Part shown: piece by piece, positions 49,986-61,200 of the stretch
Numbering within the stretch: the stretch's first letter is position 1
How the letters are laid out: every line of letters starts with the position of its first letter
NCBI GenBank assembly: GCA_020054065.1
Contig: JAGVLX010000002.1
Location: 1,054 to 65,053 of the forward strand
Origin: Parachlamydiales bacterium
GTDB lineage: Bacteria; Chlamydiota; Chlamydiia; Chlamydiales; JAEYWL01
Length of the DNA: 64,000 bases
Direction of reading: 5' to 3'
The notes under the pieces: model-generated
Database searches by the model: none
What the model was told of the DNA's origin: nothing
What the model saw: only the letters and a program-made list of their open reading frames with translations
Position numbers and translations under genes: made by a program

Positions 49986-51329
49986 TTATAAAATACCGGC
50001 ACGACCGCGCGTTTCAATCGAATGTTTTAGCTCACGCTTTGTTTTGACATGATCGGCGGCTTCAAAGAATAACTTGAAAAAGCGTTGATCATCGATCTGG
50101 CTTAACAATTGTTCCCCATTCGGTGATTTTTCAATCACCAATCGCGCTTCCTCACGCTTGCTTGGGTCTGACAAAATGCGCTTGATTTTCTCTTCACTAC
50201 GCAACGACATGAAGTACCGGAAGGCGTGCATATTCTTCGAAGACATATTCTCACGCATAAATCCCGTTAAAGCCCGCATCGTGCAGGTGCCTAACTTTTG
50301 CTCATGGTGCCAAAACCGTTCATCTTCCATCCGGGCTTCATGGCCGCCACCTTGCTCGACCAAAAAACTCCGTGCTAAGGCATACACCTCAAAGATAGGT
50401 TGGTTGCCTTTCCAACGATAGGCTTCTAACTGTTCCGATACAAACGGAATCCATGGTTCAGTGCGCGGCGACAACACTTTTAAGTCCATCATGCTAGCAA
50501 GAAAATTACCTTTTTCAATGGCGCTAGGATCAATATCGGTGATGACAAAACTTTGATAAATGATTTGCCCTTCTAAATCTCGATCGTGCAGGTGTTGTGA
50601 AATCCCCCACCCACGATTAATAATCTCAAACTGCAACCGGCGCTCCCCTGCTTCATTCAAATAAGCCGAAATCACATAGTGAAACGCATGGCCACCGCCG
50701 CGCGACGCTTTTCGAAGCATTCCGCCTGGCAATAAAAAAGGACCATCATTGGGTTGAATAGTTGCGATGCGCTCTTTTAACATCGCGACAAACTCATTAA
50801 ACCGGTCCAGGTTGTCAACACCATGCCGGTAATCTGCATCTAAAATTTCCAAACAGGTTTGGATTTCATACGCCTCATTCAACCGGTATCCGACTTTCAG
50901 CAGCTCAACACTATCTGGATTTTCGTCAATAAAGGCCCAAAAGTCCTCCATTAAACTGACTAACGAACCGGAAATCGTCATTCCCTCAAAATTGGAAGGC
51001 ACTTGATATTTGAAAGAGTCCAAGTTCTTATGAAAGTAAGCTTTTAAGGCCAACTTGACGTTGCCGTTCAATTCGTCGCTCATGACTTTGAATTCAGGGT
51101 ATTTTTCGAGGATTTCTCGCTTAGATTCCCTAAATTTGGCGCGCCAGAGGGTTAATTCAGGATCGCTAAGTTGCGTTTGTCTAGATTTCTCCGAAATTCC
51201 CATTTCTGGCTGTTCTTTGACGATCCGGGAGTGGGCTAACCCATTGCGTAAGATTAAGCTTTTGTCGTACTTAGCAGGGAGGAACGACAAGATGACTAAC
51301 ATGACTATAATTACAGAAATATTATTCAT
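49986..51329 (-). CDS. hypothetical protein with N-terminal signal anchor
   Basis: 447-aa ORF. MNNISVIIVMLVILSFLPA, then a soluble domain with no recognisable family. Confidence 0.6.
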   Translation of the reverse strand: MNNISVIIVMLVILSFLPAKYDKSLILRNGLAHSRIVKEQPEMGISEKSRQTQLSDPELTLWRAKFRESKREILEKYPEFKVMSDELNGNVKLALKAYFHKNLDSFKYQVPSNFEGMTISGSLVSLMEDFWAFIDENPDSVELLKVGYRLNEAYEIQTCLEILDADYRHGVDNLDRFNEFVAMLKERIATIQPNDGPFLLPGGMLRKASRGGGHAFHYVISAYLNEAGERRLQFEIINRGWGISQHLHDRDLEGQIIYQSFVITDIDPSAIEKGNFLASMMDLKVLSPRTEPWIPFVSEQLEAYRWKGNQPIFEVYALARSFLVEQGGGHEARMEDERFWHHEQKLGTCTMRALTGFMRENMSSKNMHAFRYFMSLRSEEKIKRILSDPSKREEARLVIEKSPNGEQLLSQIDDQRFFKLFFEAADHVKTKRELKHSIETRGRAGIL

Positions 51330-51428
51330 TTACGAACCATTTATTAATTAATATAGATTAATATTTTAACATTTATAAAGATTAATTGTAAAGATTAAAT
51401 TTTAAATAGTTTTTAACCTTACCCTAGA

Positions 51429-51477
51429 CGTGTTTGTCGTGCAGGTCCTGTTTGTCCTAGTCGTTTTTGTCGTTTTT
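51429..51477. repeat. Family B solo arm, copy B6
   Basis: cgtgtttgtcgtgcaggtcctgtttgtcctagtcgtttttgtcgttttt mixes both B sub-motifs (gtcctgtttgtcct and gtcgtttttgtcgtt). No partner arm. Confidence 0.75.
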
Positions 51478-51519
51478 CGGGTAAGATAGATCCATTAATT
51501 CCACCTTTTGAGAGCGAAA

Positions 51520-54500
51520 ATGTTGACTTTTCAAGAAATGTTGATCCGATTGAGCGATTTTTGGAACAAGCAAGGCTGCGCCGTCCACCAAGGATACGAT
51601 TTAGAGGTAGGGGCTGGGACCTTTAATCCAGCCACTTTTTTACGCTGCTTAGGCCCTGAACCGTATAAAGCTGCCTATGTCGAGCCTAGCCGCCGCCCCC
51701 GCGATGGGCGGTTTGGAGAAAACCCTAACCGGATGCAGCACTATTTTCAGTATCAGGTGATTTTAAAGCCTTCTCCCCATGATATCCAACGGGTTTACCT
51801 GGAATCGTTAGAAGCGATCGGGCTGGACCTTTCCAAGCACGACGTCCGGTTTGTCCATGACGACTGGGAGCAGCCGACCCTAGGCGCCTGGGGATTAGGA
51901 TGGGAAGTGTGGGTCGATGGGATGGAAGTGTCCCAAATCACCTATTTCCAATCTGTCGCAGGGATTGATGTCAAACCGGTGACCGGAGAACTGACGTATG
52001 GAACTGAACGGTTGGCGATGTACCTGCAGAAGAAAAACCACTTTACGGAGATCCAGTGGAATGACGAACTCACGTATGGGGACATCTACCAGCGGAATGA
52101 GTTTGAATTTTCCACCTACAATTTCGACAAAGCGAATACCGAGATGTGGTTCAAGCACTTTGACGACTACGAACGGGAAGCGAACAAGATGTTCGACCAA
52201 GGACTTCCGTTAGTCGGCTACGATTTCGTCATCAAGGCCTCCCATGCCTTCAACTTATTGGATTCGCGCGGCGCCATTTCTGTCACCGAGCGCACGGGAT
52301 ATATTACGCGAGTCAGAAATTTAGCCAGCCGTGCCGCAGCTGAGTATATTGCAAGCCGTGAAAAACAAGGATTTCCCCTGCTCAAGAAAGTCAAGAGTAC
52401 AACGCATCAAGCGCAAGCGGTGCAGAAGGTGGATTGGAGCAAGCAGCCAACTGCTGATTTTCTCCTGGAAATCGGATCGGAAGAGCTGCCGGCAGTCTCT
52501 GTCCCAATCGGCATGGCTAATTTGGAAAAGGGGTTTAGACAACTACTCGAGAAAGAAGGCATTCCTTTTAAAAGCATCGTGGTCTATGGCACGCCCCGCC
52601 GCCTAGCCATCTTGATTAAAGAGCTGGCGGCCTCCAAGCCTGCGAAATCGACGGAGAAAAAAGGTCCACCGCTCTCCACGATTTATCAAGAGGGCAAGCT
52701 GACGACCGCTGGAGAAGGATTTTTTAAATCGGTCGGATTCCCCCCACAAACCGAGCCAGAGATTCGCAATGGCAAAGCAAAAGGATTAGAAATCCGTTCC
52801 ATCAAAGGCGTAGACTATATCTATGCAAATCTGGTGCAGGAAGCGCGCCCTACAGGCGATATTTTAGCTGAATCACTCTCTAAAATTGTGCTGGGGATCG
52901 ATTTTCCCAAACGGATGCGTTGGGGGGATTTGAATATCTCTTTTGCCCGACCGATTTTATGGCTGACCGCCCTGTACGGAAAAACGGTTGTGCCTTTTGC
53001 CATCGAAGATATCGTATCCGGCAATGTATCGTGGGGGCATCGTCAGTTAGATCCGCAGTCGTTTGTCATTGATGAAGCCAGCCGTTATGTCGAGTTACTG
53101 CGACAACATAAAGTGATCGTTGATGTCAAAGAACGGCGCGATACCATCATCAGGCAGATAGATGAGTTGGAAAAAACACTGGATGGCAAAATCATCGCCC
53201 GTGACAAAGTGTTGCCAGAAGTCGTTCAGTTAACCGAATGGCCCTTGGTGACTGTTTCGGAATTCGACAAAGCTTATCTCAAAGCCCCAAAAGATGTGCA
53301 AATTTCTGAAATGGTGGAACACCAAAAATATTTTCCAGTGGTCCATTCAGACGGTTCCTTGAAGAACCTATTTGTCATTACAGCGAACAATACGCCGAGC
53401 GATCAAATCCGCGAAGGGAATCGCCGGGTGCTTTCCGCACGCCTATCTGACGGAGTCTTCTTGTATGAACAAGATTTAAAAATCCCGTTTGAGCAATTTA
53501 ATGAAAAGCTGGCCTATGTCACCTTCCAGAAAGATTTGGGCTCGGTGTTTGACAAAGTCAAGCGCATCGTCGGCAACGCAGAAGTGATTCAATCCTACCT
53601 CAACATCGGGAATGGGACGGATGCCAAACGCGCTGCGTTGCTCTGCAAAGCCGATTTAGCCTCTGGAACCGTGGGCGAATTCCCGGAACTACAGGGAATC
53701 ATGGGAAAATATTTCGCGCTGGCGCACAAAGAAAACCCGGAGGTCGCGCAAGCGATTGAAGAGAGCTGGATGCCGCGCGGAGAAAACGCCCCTTTGCCTG
53801 AATCTGCAACTGGCATTATCGTCAGCTTAGCCGATAAGTTTGACAATCTTTTAGGCTGTTTCTGTGTGGATCTGAAGCCCACTTCGTCCAGCGATCCGTA
53901 TGCGCTGCGCCGGCAGGTGTTGGGGATGATTAAAATGATCATTCGCGGCAAGTATAACCTTCCGTTGCGCGAAGTGCTGGAAAAATGTTTTGCCCAGTTC
54001 CCCAAGCAATTCGCAGCCAAGAAAGCAGACGTGATTAACGATATCGAAGCGTTTATCATTAACCGGATCAAAACGGTGTTCCAGGAGTATGGTTTCAGCA
54101 AAGATGAAATCGAAGCGAGTGTATCGCACGGGATTAAAGACATTTATGATGCGTATTGCCGGGTTGCGGCCTTGCATCAATTCCGTCAGCAACAGGCGTT
54201 CGCTTCTTTGTATGAAGTGTATAAGCGTGCAAAAGGGCAAATCACGGAATTTGGCAAACTGACGTTTACAGCAAACTTGTTGAATGAACCGGCAGAAAAA
54301 GAGCTCAGCCAAAAATTGGATATGCTGCGTCCGTCTTTCGATCAGGCGATGCAAGGACAAGTGTACGATCAAGCTTATCACTTGATTGCTCAAGTGCAGC
54401 CGCCCTTAGCCAAACTGTTTGATGAGGTCAAAATTTTGGCAGATGACCCAAAGATTCGCGATAACCGGATTGCGTTGTTGCAACGGGTATTCGGGTTGTT

Positions 54501-54537
54501 TGATGAAATTTTGGATTTCAGCAAGATCCAACAATAG
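51520..54537 (+). CDS. glyQS: glycyl-tRNA synthetase, fused alpha-beta chain
   Basis: N-terminal GlyQ ([37 protein letters not shown]..) is continuous with a GlyS-like beta region, about 1005 aa in total. ATG 51520 is preferred over TTG 51508. Confidence 0.93.
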   Translation: MLTFQEMLIRLSDFWNKQGCAVHQGYDLEVGAGTFNPATFLRCLGPEPYKAAYVEPSRRPRDGRFGENPNRMQHYFQYQVILKPSPHDIQRVYLESLEAIGLDLSKHDVRFVHDDWEQPTLGAWGLGWEVWVDGMEVSQITYFQSVAGIDVKPVTGELTYGTERLAMYLQKKNHFTEIQWNDELTYGDIYQRNEFEFSTYNFDKANTEMWFKHFDDYEREANKMFDQGLPLVGYDFVIKASHAFNLLDSRGAISVTERTGYITRVRNLASRAAAEYIASREKQGFPLLKKVKSTTHQAQAVQKVDWSKQPTADFLLEIGSEELPAVSVPIGMANLEKGFRQLLEKEGIPFKSIVVYGTPRRLAILIKELAASKPAKSTEKKGPPLSTIYQEGKLTTAGEGFFKSVGFPPQTEPEIRNGKAKGLEIRSIKGVDYIYANLVQEARPTGDILAESLSKIVLGIDFPKRMRWGDLNISFARPILWLTALYGKTVVPFAIEDIVSGNVSWGHRQLDPQSFVIDEASRYVELLRQHKVIVDVKERRDTIIRQIDELEKTLDGKIIARDKVLPEVVQLTEWPLVTVSEFDKAYLKAPKDVQISEMVEHQKYFPVVHSDGSLKNLFVITANNTPSDQIREGNRRVLSARLSDGVFLYEQDLKIPFEQFNEKLAYVTFQKDLGSVFDKVKRIVGNAEVIQSYLNIGNGTDAKRAALLCKADLASGTVGEFPELQGIMGKYFALAHKENPEVAQAIEESWMPRGENAPLPESATGIIVSLADKFDNLLGCFCVDLKPTSSSDPYALRRQVLGMIKMIIRGKYNLPLREVLEKCFAQFPKQFAAKKADVINDIEAFIINRIKTVFQEYGFSKDEIEASVSHGIKDIYDAYCRVAALHQFRQQQAFASLYEVYKRAKGQITEFGKLTFTANLLNEPAEKELSQKLDMLRPSFDQAMQGQVYDQAYHLIAQVQPPLAKLFDEVKILADDPKIRDNRIALLQRVFGLFDEILDFSKIQQ

Positions 54538-54588
54538 GACAGATTTTGTCGTGTGTGTCGTGGATGTCCTGTTTGTCCTGGTCCTGTT
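54537..54588. repeat. Family B solo arm, copy B7
   Basis: tgtcgtgtgtgtcgtggatgtcctgtttgtcctggtcctgtt is nearly identical to the right arm of B1. It fills the gap between the convergent glyQS and DCC-gene stops. Confidence 0.82.
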
Positions 54589-54991
54589 AAGGTAAAAAGC
54601 GGTGTTCGGTGGCGGGATTAGGAATGGGACATGTGGTAGTGGGAAAAAGCTTGTGTCGATTACGGGCTACAAGACGGTAAGCCCAATCGTAAAGGAAAGA
54701 GGGCAAAAACGAAATCCATCCAACTAACGTCCACAATCCACCTAAAAGCCATAATGTGCGAAACGCCCCTTTTCCCATCACATGCATTTTGGGTTGAAAT
54801 TGGTAATTCTCTACCAATACTAAACTATCTAAATTTTTAAGCTCAGGCGACAAATCCTTGAGGAACATCTTCGCTGTCTCCCCTTGCAAAGGGGCAAAAG
54901 CAAACCGTTCATCATCATCTCGTTCTAACACCCATTGGACCATTTTGTCGCACAAGCCGCACTGCCCATCATAAAATAGAAGATGCTTCAT
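54587..54991 (-). CDS. DCC-family thiol-disulfide oxidoreductase (DUF393)
   Basis: LFYDGQCGLCDKMVQWVLERD plus C-terminal hydrophobic helices. Confidence 0.8.
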   Translation of the reverse strand: MKHLLFYDGQCGLCDKMVQWVLERDDDERFAFAPLQGETAKMFLKDLSPELKNLDSLVLVENYQFQPKMHVMGKGAFRTLWLLGGLWTLVGWISFLPSFLYDWAYRLVARNRHKLFPTTTCPIPNPATEHRFLP

Positions 54992-56762
54992 CGGCAGCTC
55001 CTAACTTAACTGCAGGTTTTGGTTCCTTAAACGCTTTGGTAAGCTCAAGGACTTCCTCTTCAGAACACCGTCCGCTTTGAATCTGGATCCGCACTTGTTC
55101 CCGCTTCTGCATCCAATTCCGCTCTAAAATCTTTTGAATCGTTTCGATCACATGCTGCTCGGCACGATCCTTATTGATCTTTCGGTCGCAGATTTCGGCG
55201 ACGACACGCTGCCCCTCTTTTTCTCCTAAAGCAATCAATAAATCAATCAATTGTAGAGGAGTTTCCGATTGCATATAGAGAGAAAAAATAGTCTTGCAGT
55301 CCTCGACCAGCAGATCAGAGTCCCGCAGGTTCGCTTTGACTAACTCCATCACCCGTGGATGTGTTTTTGAAGCCATGATCATCCAGCGCAACAAATCGGA
55401 TTCCAAGATACGATCAGGGTCAACTTGCGTATGGCCAGCGCTAGCATTGCTTTTAAAATAGATATTCGGAATCGGCCGATGGTCGTTCATGACCATTTGT
55501 TCGGGAACATGTAAGAGATCGGCCAATTTTTTTAAACTTTCATGCACCATCAGTGTGCTTTCCCAGCTGCGGATTTGATTCGACAACTCTTTAATCAACT
55601 GGTCTTTGGCAGCTGGCGACTTGAGATCCATGTGCGAAGAGCGCTTATCGACTAGAAATGTTAGGTAATCTTTTCCTTTCTCCAACAGATTCAAAAATGC
55701 GTCCGGTCCATATTGACGCAAATAGCTGTCCGGGTCTTCTCCCGGCGGCAATTTGACGGCGATCACTTCCACTCCCACTTTTTGGAAGAGGTTGCCGATC
55801 TTAATCGCTGCTTCCTGGCCGGCATTATCCGAATCGAGGGCCAAATACACTTGCGCAACCCCCAGATTGACCAGTTCGCGCACATGCCCTTCGCTAAAAG
55901 CCGTTCCTTGTCCGGCCACGGTGATATTAAAACCTTCGTAGATAAGCCGTAGGGCATCAAGTTGCCCTTCTACGATAATCGCTTTCTTCTCCTTGGCAAT
56001 CCGGCGCCGGCTGTAGTTCAATCCAAACAACACTTTGGATTTCTTAAAGAGGACGGTTTCGGCCGTATTGACATACTTCCCGCCGAACGTTTCTTCCTTG
56101 AACTTCCGGCCGGAAAAAGCGATGACGGCTCCGGTCGGTCCATGAATCGGCACCATGATCCGGTCGGAGAAAAAGTCGCGCCAATCTCCTTGTTTGCCAG
56201 GCGCAATCAATCCAGCTTCCACCAGAATCTCATTGGAAAACGATTTTGAATTGAGGTATTTGCGCAAAACCCCCGGAGCATGCGGCGCAAACCCCAGCTT
56301 AAAATGTTGAATAAAGTTTAAGTCAATGCCGCGGCTATAAAGGTAATGGAGCGCTTCATGTCCCTCTGGGGTATTTAGCAGTAGGGTATGATAAAACAAA
56401 CACGCTTGTTCCAGGGCGTCTTGCAGCAATTTTTTATTGGGGCCTTTGTTCTCTGGACCGCCTTCTATTTTCTCTAAAGGCACTTGAAACCGCTGTGCTA
56501 GCAACTCCACCGCATCGCCAAAATTTAAGCGTTGGTGGTTCATGAGGAAGCTAATCGCATCGCCATGGGCGCCGCACCCAAAACAGTGATAATGGGTGTC
56601 CCCTTTTTGAATCATGAAGGAGGGGCTTTTTTCATCGTGGAAAGGGCAGAGAGCTTTGTAGGCTGCGCCCGAACGTTTTAAATCGATGTAGCCTCCCAGA
56701 ACATCCACTAGGTCAATGCGTTGCCGCAGATTTTCCAAACTTTCTTTGCTATAAATAGTCAT
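54969..56762 (-). CDS. dnaG: DNA primase
   Basis: Zn finger ALCPFHDEKSPSF..YHCFGCGAHGD; TOPRIM AIIVEGQLDALRL..ALDSDNAGQEA. Confidence 0.94.
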   Translation of the reverse strand: MTIYSKESLENLRQRIDLVDVLGGYIDLKRSGAAYKALCPFHDEKSPSFMIQKGDTHYHCFGCGAHGDAISFLMNHQRLNFGDAVELLAQRFQVPLEKIEGGPENKGPNKKLLQDALEQACLFYHTLLLNTPEGHEALHYLYSRGIDLNFIQHFKLGFAPHAPGVLRKYLNSKSFSNEILVEAGLIAPGKQGDWRDFFSDRIMVPIHGPTGAVIAFSGRKFKEETFGGKYVNTAETVLFKKSKVLFGLNYSRRRIAKEKKAIIVEGQLDALRLIYEGFNITVAGQGTAFSEGHVRELVNLGVAQVYLALDSDNAGQEAAIKIGNLFQKVGVEVIAVKLPPGEDPDSYLRQYGPDAFLNLLEKGKDYLTFLVDKRSSHMDLKSPAAKDQLIKELSNQIRSWESTLMVHESLKKLADLLHVPEQMVMNDHRPIPNIYFKSNASAGHTQVDPDRILESDLLRWMIMASKTHPRVMELVKANLRDSDLLVEDCKTIFSLYMQSETPLQLIDLLIALGEKEGQRVVAEICDRKINKDRAEQHVIETIQKILERNWMQKREQVRIQIQSGRCSEEEVLELTKAFKEPKPAVKLGAADEASSIL

Positions 56763-56871
56763 AGGGATAGGCTACAAAATATATACCATTTTCACCTGGA
56801 GGACCATTCTTTTGCAAGTGCTGGATCGCTAAAGCTGATTTTTTATAAAACACTGATTTAAAGGAGTTTGT

Positions 56872-58173
56872 ATGGAAGTCCGAGCGTTGCAACCTACCCT
56901 GACGAAGAAAGCAGAGGTAAAGAAAACCGAAAGACCAAAGCCGCTCCTAACCCACTTTGCTTATGAATTATTAAATGAAATTTTTACCCATTTAGCGCCC
57001 CGGCAATTGGTAAGGATCCGCTTAGTCTGCCATGATTGGAATCTCATCATCAAGTGTGCCTGGTTTTGGAAGCAGCTCGTTTTAAATCATTGGCCCCATT
57101 TAGTCACCTATACGCCTCAGGCGCTGCCGGATATCGCGCATCCGGATCGGCAGCCCATGATTGAGTGGAACCAGCATCTACATCGTTTAAAAGATACCGA
57201 AAGACAAAAATACAACTTTAGAACGCAAGTTTATCAAATTCGTTGGAAAGAGATACGCATTTCTCCGCTAGCTCCAAGCCATCCGAACTATTTTTTACCT
57301 TTGCGCGATTCGCTCCTTTATGCCAGTACAGATGGACACGTAGATGTGTTGGATCTTAGAACTTACACTTTGAGGGCCTCATTTTTTGGGGCAAATGGGC
57401 TGACCATTCCGCTAGGAATGAGTGGAACGCGTTTGGTCGCGATGCAGGAGGATGGAGCCATTGTCATGTGGGAAGGGGGAAAACTCATGTGCAATCATGG
57501 CTTTGACATGGGGTTGACAGACAGTCGAAATGTAGAACGGTGTGGTGTGGAACGGGATTGGATTGTCTATAAGCTGATAGATCAATCGGCGATCCACACG
57601 TATCACATTCGCAATTTATCGGCAGGCACCAGTTTTTTAACCAATAGTCCGGAATTTTGTTTAATCGAGAAAAGCCCGTTCCTGCTTGCTTATATCAAAA
57701 GCGATGAAAAATTCAACCATGTGATGTTGGCGAATCCTGTTTCTGGGGAAGTACAAGCTGTAGCGCAGAACTTAAAGGAAGATCATTATCATGTTTGTTC
57801 AGTTGGAGCTTCTTTGTTTATCCAAGAGCGCAGTCAAATCTCGGTGTTCGATTGTCAAAAGATGAGAATGATCAAATCGTTTCCCATTGAACATGGAGGT
57901 CACAGGGAAAGACAGATTCTGCGCTTGCATGTGGTGGGTCTGCTAGCCATGGCGGTGTATGATAACAACATCATCAGAGGATGGGATTTAACCACAGGTC
58001 AACTGGCGGGTGAAATTCCCGATTTTGTCACTGTACGCCCGGAAGAGCGCTATACGATTTACACCAATCAAAACCGCCTTATCGGCATTCCGATGCATCC
58101 GCAAGATAAGAAGATCAAATTTGCGAATTTAGCGCGCCGAAACTATGCGCTTTGCGAACGTATCTATGCATGA
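56872..58173 (+). CDS. F-box protein with beta-propeller-like C-terminal domain (eukaryote-like effector candidate)
   Basis: LLTHFAYELLNEIFTHLAPRQLVRIRLVCHDWNLIIKCAWFWKQL matches the F-box consensus LPxEILxxIFxxLxxxxLxxxxxVCKxWxxLxxxxxLW. Downstream WD-like strands (DGAIVMWEGG, NNIIRGWDLTTGQL). AAGGAG SD. Confidence 0.8.
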   Translation: MEVRALQPTLTKKAEVKKTERPKPLLTHFAYELLNEIFTHLAPRQLVRIRLVCHDWNLIIKCAWFWKQLVLNHWPHLVTYTPQALPDIAHPDRQPMIEWNQHLHRLKDTERQKYNFRTQVYQIRWKEIRISPLAPSHPNYFLPLRDSLLYASTDGHVDVLDLRTYTLRASFFGANGLTIPLGMSGTRLVAMQEDGAIVMWEGGKLMCNHGFDMGLTDSRNVERCGVERDWIVYKLIDQSAIHTYHIRNLSAGTSFLTNSPEFCLIEKSPFLLAYIKSDEKFNHVMLANPVSGEVQAVAQNLKEDHYHVCSVGASLFIQERSQISVFDCQKMRMIKSFPIEHGGHRERQILRLHVVGLLAMAVYDNNIIRGWDLTTGQLAGEIPDFVTVRPEERYTIYTNQNRLIGIPMHPQDKKIKFANLARRNYALCERIYA

Positions 58174-58244
58174 CATCCAGGACCAGGACAATTAAATGCC
58201 TTCGTCGTGCTTGTCCGGTATGTCTTGTTTGTCCTGGTCCTGTT
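58174..58244. repeat. Family B palindromic element, copy B8
   Basis: catccaggaccaggacaa .. tcgtcgtgcttgtccggtatgtcttgtttgtcctggtcctgtt. It lies between the convergent F-box and czcA stops. Confidence 0.85.
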
Positions 58245-61200
58245 ATAGATCAATAACTTGCTGGGCTGGCTGTAATTTTCCGAGAGTGAAGAGTTTCTTT
58301 TCACGGGAGAAAAGCCGATAGAGCGCTGGCAACACAAGCAGGGTTAAAAAGGTCGAACTGATCAATCCGCCAATGACGACTGTAGCCAGCGGCTTTTGCA
58401 CTTCAGCGCCGGCTCCGGTGGCTAACGCCATAGGCAAGAACCCTAAAGAGGCCACTAAGGCTGTGACCAAGACGGGGCGCAGGCGGGTTAAGGCACCTTC
58501 GTTAATCGCTTGTTCCGGATTTTTTCCCTCCTCTCTGAGCTGATTAATATAGGTAACCATGACCAATCCGTTCAGGACAGCAATCCCGGATAAGGCGATA
58601 AATCCCACGGCAGCCGAGATGGAGAAAGGCATATCCCGCAGCCACAGCGCAGCGATGCCGCCGGTTAAGGCGAGAGGTACTCCAGAAAAGACTAGCAAGG
58701 CATATTTAAATGAGTTGAAAGCGGTAAACAAGAGGACGAGGATCAGGAAGAAACAAATCGGCACCACGATGAGGAGACGGTCGCGCGCGGACATCAGGTG
58801 TTCAAATTGGCCGCCCCAAGCAATCCAATAGCCGGGAGGGATTATCACCTTAGCCGCAATTTCTTTCTTTGCAGCTTCCACAAAAGTTCCAAGATCGGAG
58901 CCGCGCACATTCGCTTGAACCAAGACTAGCCGTTTGCCGTTTTCGCGGCCGATTTGATTGAGTCCTTCTTCCAAGTTGAAGTCCGCTACTTGCTTAAGGG
59001 GTACATAATTGAAACCTTCCGACTCTTTGCGGTTCGGCAGAACTACCGGGAGGTTTTCAAGCGTAGCGATGTTTTGACGATCGCTTTCGGCTAGCTTAAC
59101 GACGATATCAAAACGGCGATCCCCTTCAAAAAGTTCCCCCGCGTGTCCTCCGCCAACCGCCACTTGAACCACATCTAACACGTCTCTGACGCTCAATCCA
59201 TGACGGCTGATCGGTCCACGTTTTAAGTTCACTTCCATAATCGGCAGGCCGTCGGTTTTATCGACGATGATATCCGCAGCACCCGGAATTTGTTTTAACA
59301 CTTTAGCAATATCGACAGCGGTTTGGTGCATGATTGAAAAATCGTCGCCATACACCTTGACTGCGACATCGCTTTTGACGCCGGCGATCAATTCGTTAAA
59401 GCGCATCTCGATTGGCTGGGTGAATTCAAAATTGTTGCCTGGGAGCTTACGAAGTTCCTCTTCCATTTGAGCAATGAGCTCCGATTTATCCAACTTGGGA
59501 TTGGGCCATTCACTGCGCGGCTTCAACATGACAAACGTGTCGGAGGCATCGGGCGGCATGGGATCGGACGCCATTTCTGCCGTTCCGGTTTTTGAGTAGA
59601 CCAAGTTGACTTCAGGGAATTGTAAAAGCGTTTTTTCCACTTCAAATTGCATTTTGGTGGCTTGGTTGAGCGATGTGCTTGCTGCACGCGTGGCTTGAAC
59701 GGCAATGTCTTGCTCATCCAGGGTGGGAACGAACTCTTGCCCTAAGCGCGTAAAAAGATAGCCTGAACCGATCAACAGGACGACTGCGGCTGTAACAACG
59801 GTCAGTGGATGATTGACCACTTGTTGTAAAACAGGCGCATAAAGCTCTTTCGATTTATGAATAGCGGCATTTTCATGCTCTTGCACTTTGCCGGTAACAA
59901 AAATGGCGATGACAGCCGGAACGAAAGTGAGCGACAGAATGAACGCAGCGATTAACGCAAAGATCACCGTCATGGCCATGGGCTCAAACATTTTTCCTTC
60001 GACACCCGAAAGGGTAAGGAGCGGAATGTAGACAATCATGATGATCGCTTGTCCAAAGACGGAGGGTTGGATCATTTCTTTACTAGCTAAAGTCACCTCA
60101 TGCAGCCGTTCGGAAAGGGTTAAGACGCGTCCATGCTCTTTTTGCTTGAGTGCTAATCGGCGCAAACAGTTTTCAGCGATAATGACTGCACCATCGACAA
60201 TCAAACCAAAGTCGATTGCTCCTAGACTCATCAAATTTCCGCTGATGCGTGAATCGACCATGCCGATTGCAGTAATTAACATCGATAAAGGAATGACACA
60301 GGCTGTAATTAGTGCAGCTCTAAAGTTACCCAGCATTAAAAAGAGAACTGCGATGACTAGGAGTGCTCCTTCAGCGAGGTTAGTAATCACAGTATGGATT
60401 GTGGAATCGATCAATTTGGTCCGGTTCATGACCATATCAGCAGAAATATCGGGAGGCAGTGTACGGTTGATTTCAGCTAATTTTAGATCTACGGCTTGAG
60501 AGACTGTACGGCTATTGGAGCCGATCAGCATCATCGCCGTTCCGGTGACCACCTCACGACCATTTTTGGTAGAACTGCCGCTGCGCATCTCTTTACCGAT
60601 TACAACATCCGCAATATCTTTTAAGTAAATCGGCATGCTATCGCGTGTTTTGACGACTACTTCACCAATCTCTTGCATGTCATTAATACGGGCATCCGTT
60701 TTAACCAAGAACGCTTCGCCGTTTTGTTCAATAAAGCCGGCTCCGGCTGCAAGGTTATTATTTTCCAATGCTTCGACGATATCGTGCAGAGTGATTCCGT
60801 ACTCGATTAATTTAGAGGGCTTCGGTTCTACGTGATATTGCATGACATAGCCGCCGATCGAGTCGACTCCAGCCAAACCCGTCACGCTCTGCAATTGCGG
60901 ACGGATGATCCAATCTTGGACCGTTCTTAGGTATGCGGCCCGTTCCTCATCCGTGTAAAGACGCTGTCCTTCGGGTGTTAGATAAGCACCATCGTTTTGC
61001 CAGCCTGGATGCCCTTCAACGATGCGCGCATCGTTCCCGCGTGGATGTTGAAAATCCACGGTCCACATGTAGATTTCACCCAGACCGGTGGAGATTGGGC
61101 CCATTGTAGGTTCTGCTCCGGGCGGCAAGCTTTCGCGGATAGCCCCAAGCCTTTCTGTAATTTGCTGCCGAGCGAAATAGATATTCACTTTATCCTGGAA

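Noticed and set aside
53595-54393. Two minus-strand ORFs of about 180 aa inside glyQS
   Set aside because: They are antisense to the conserved GlyRS beta region and have no motifs.
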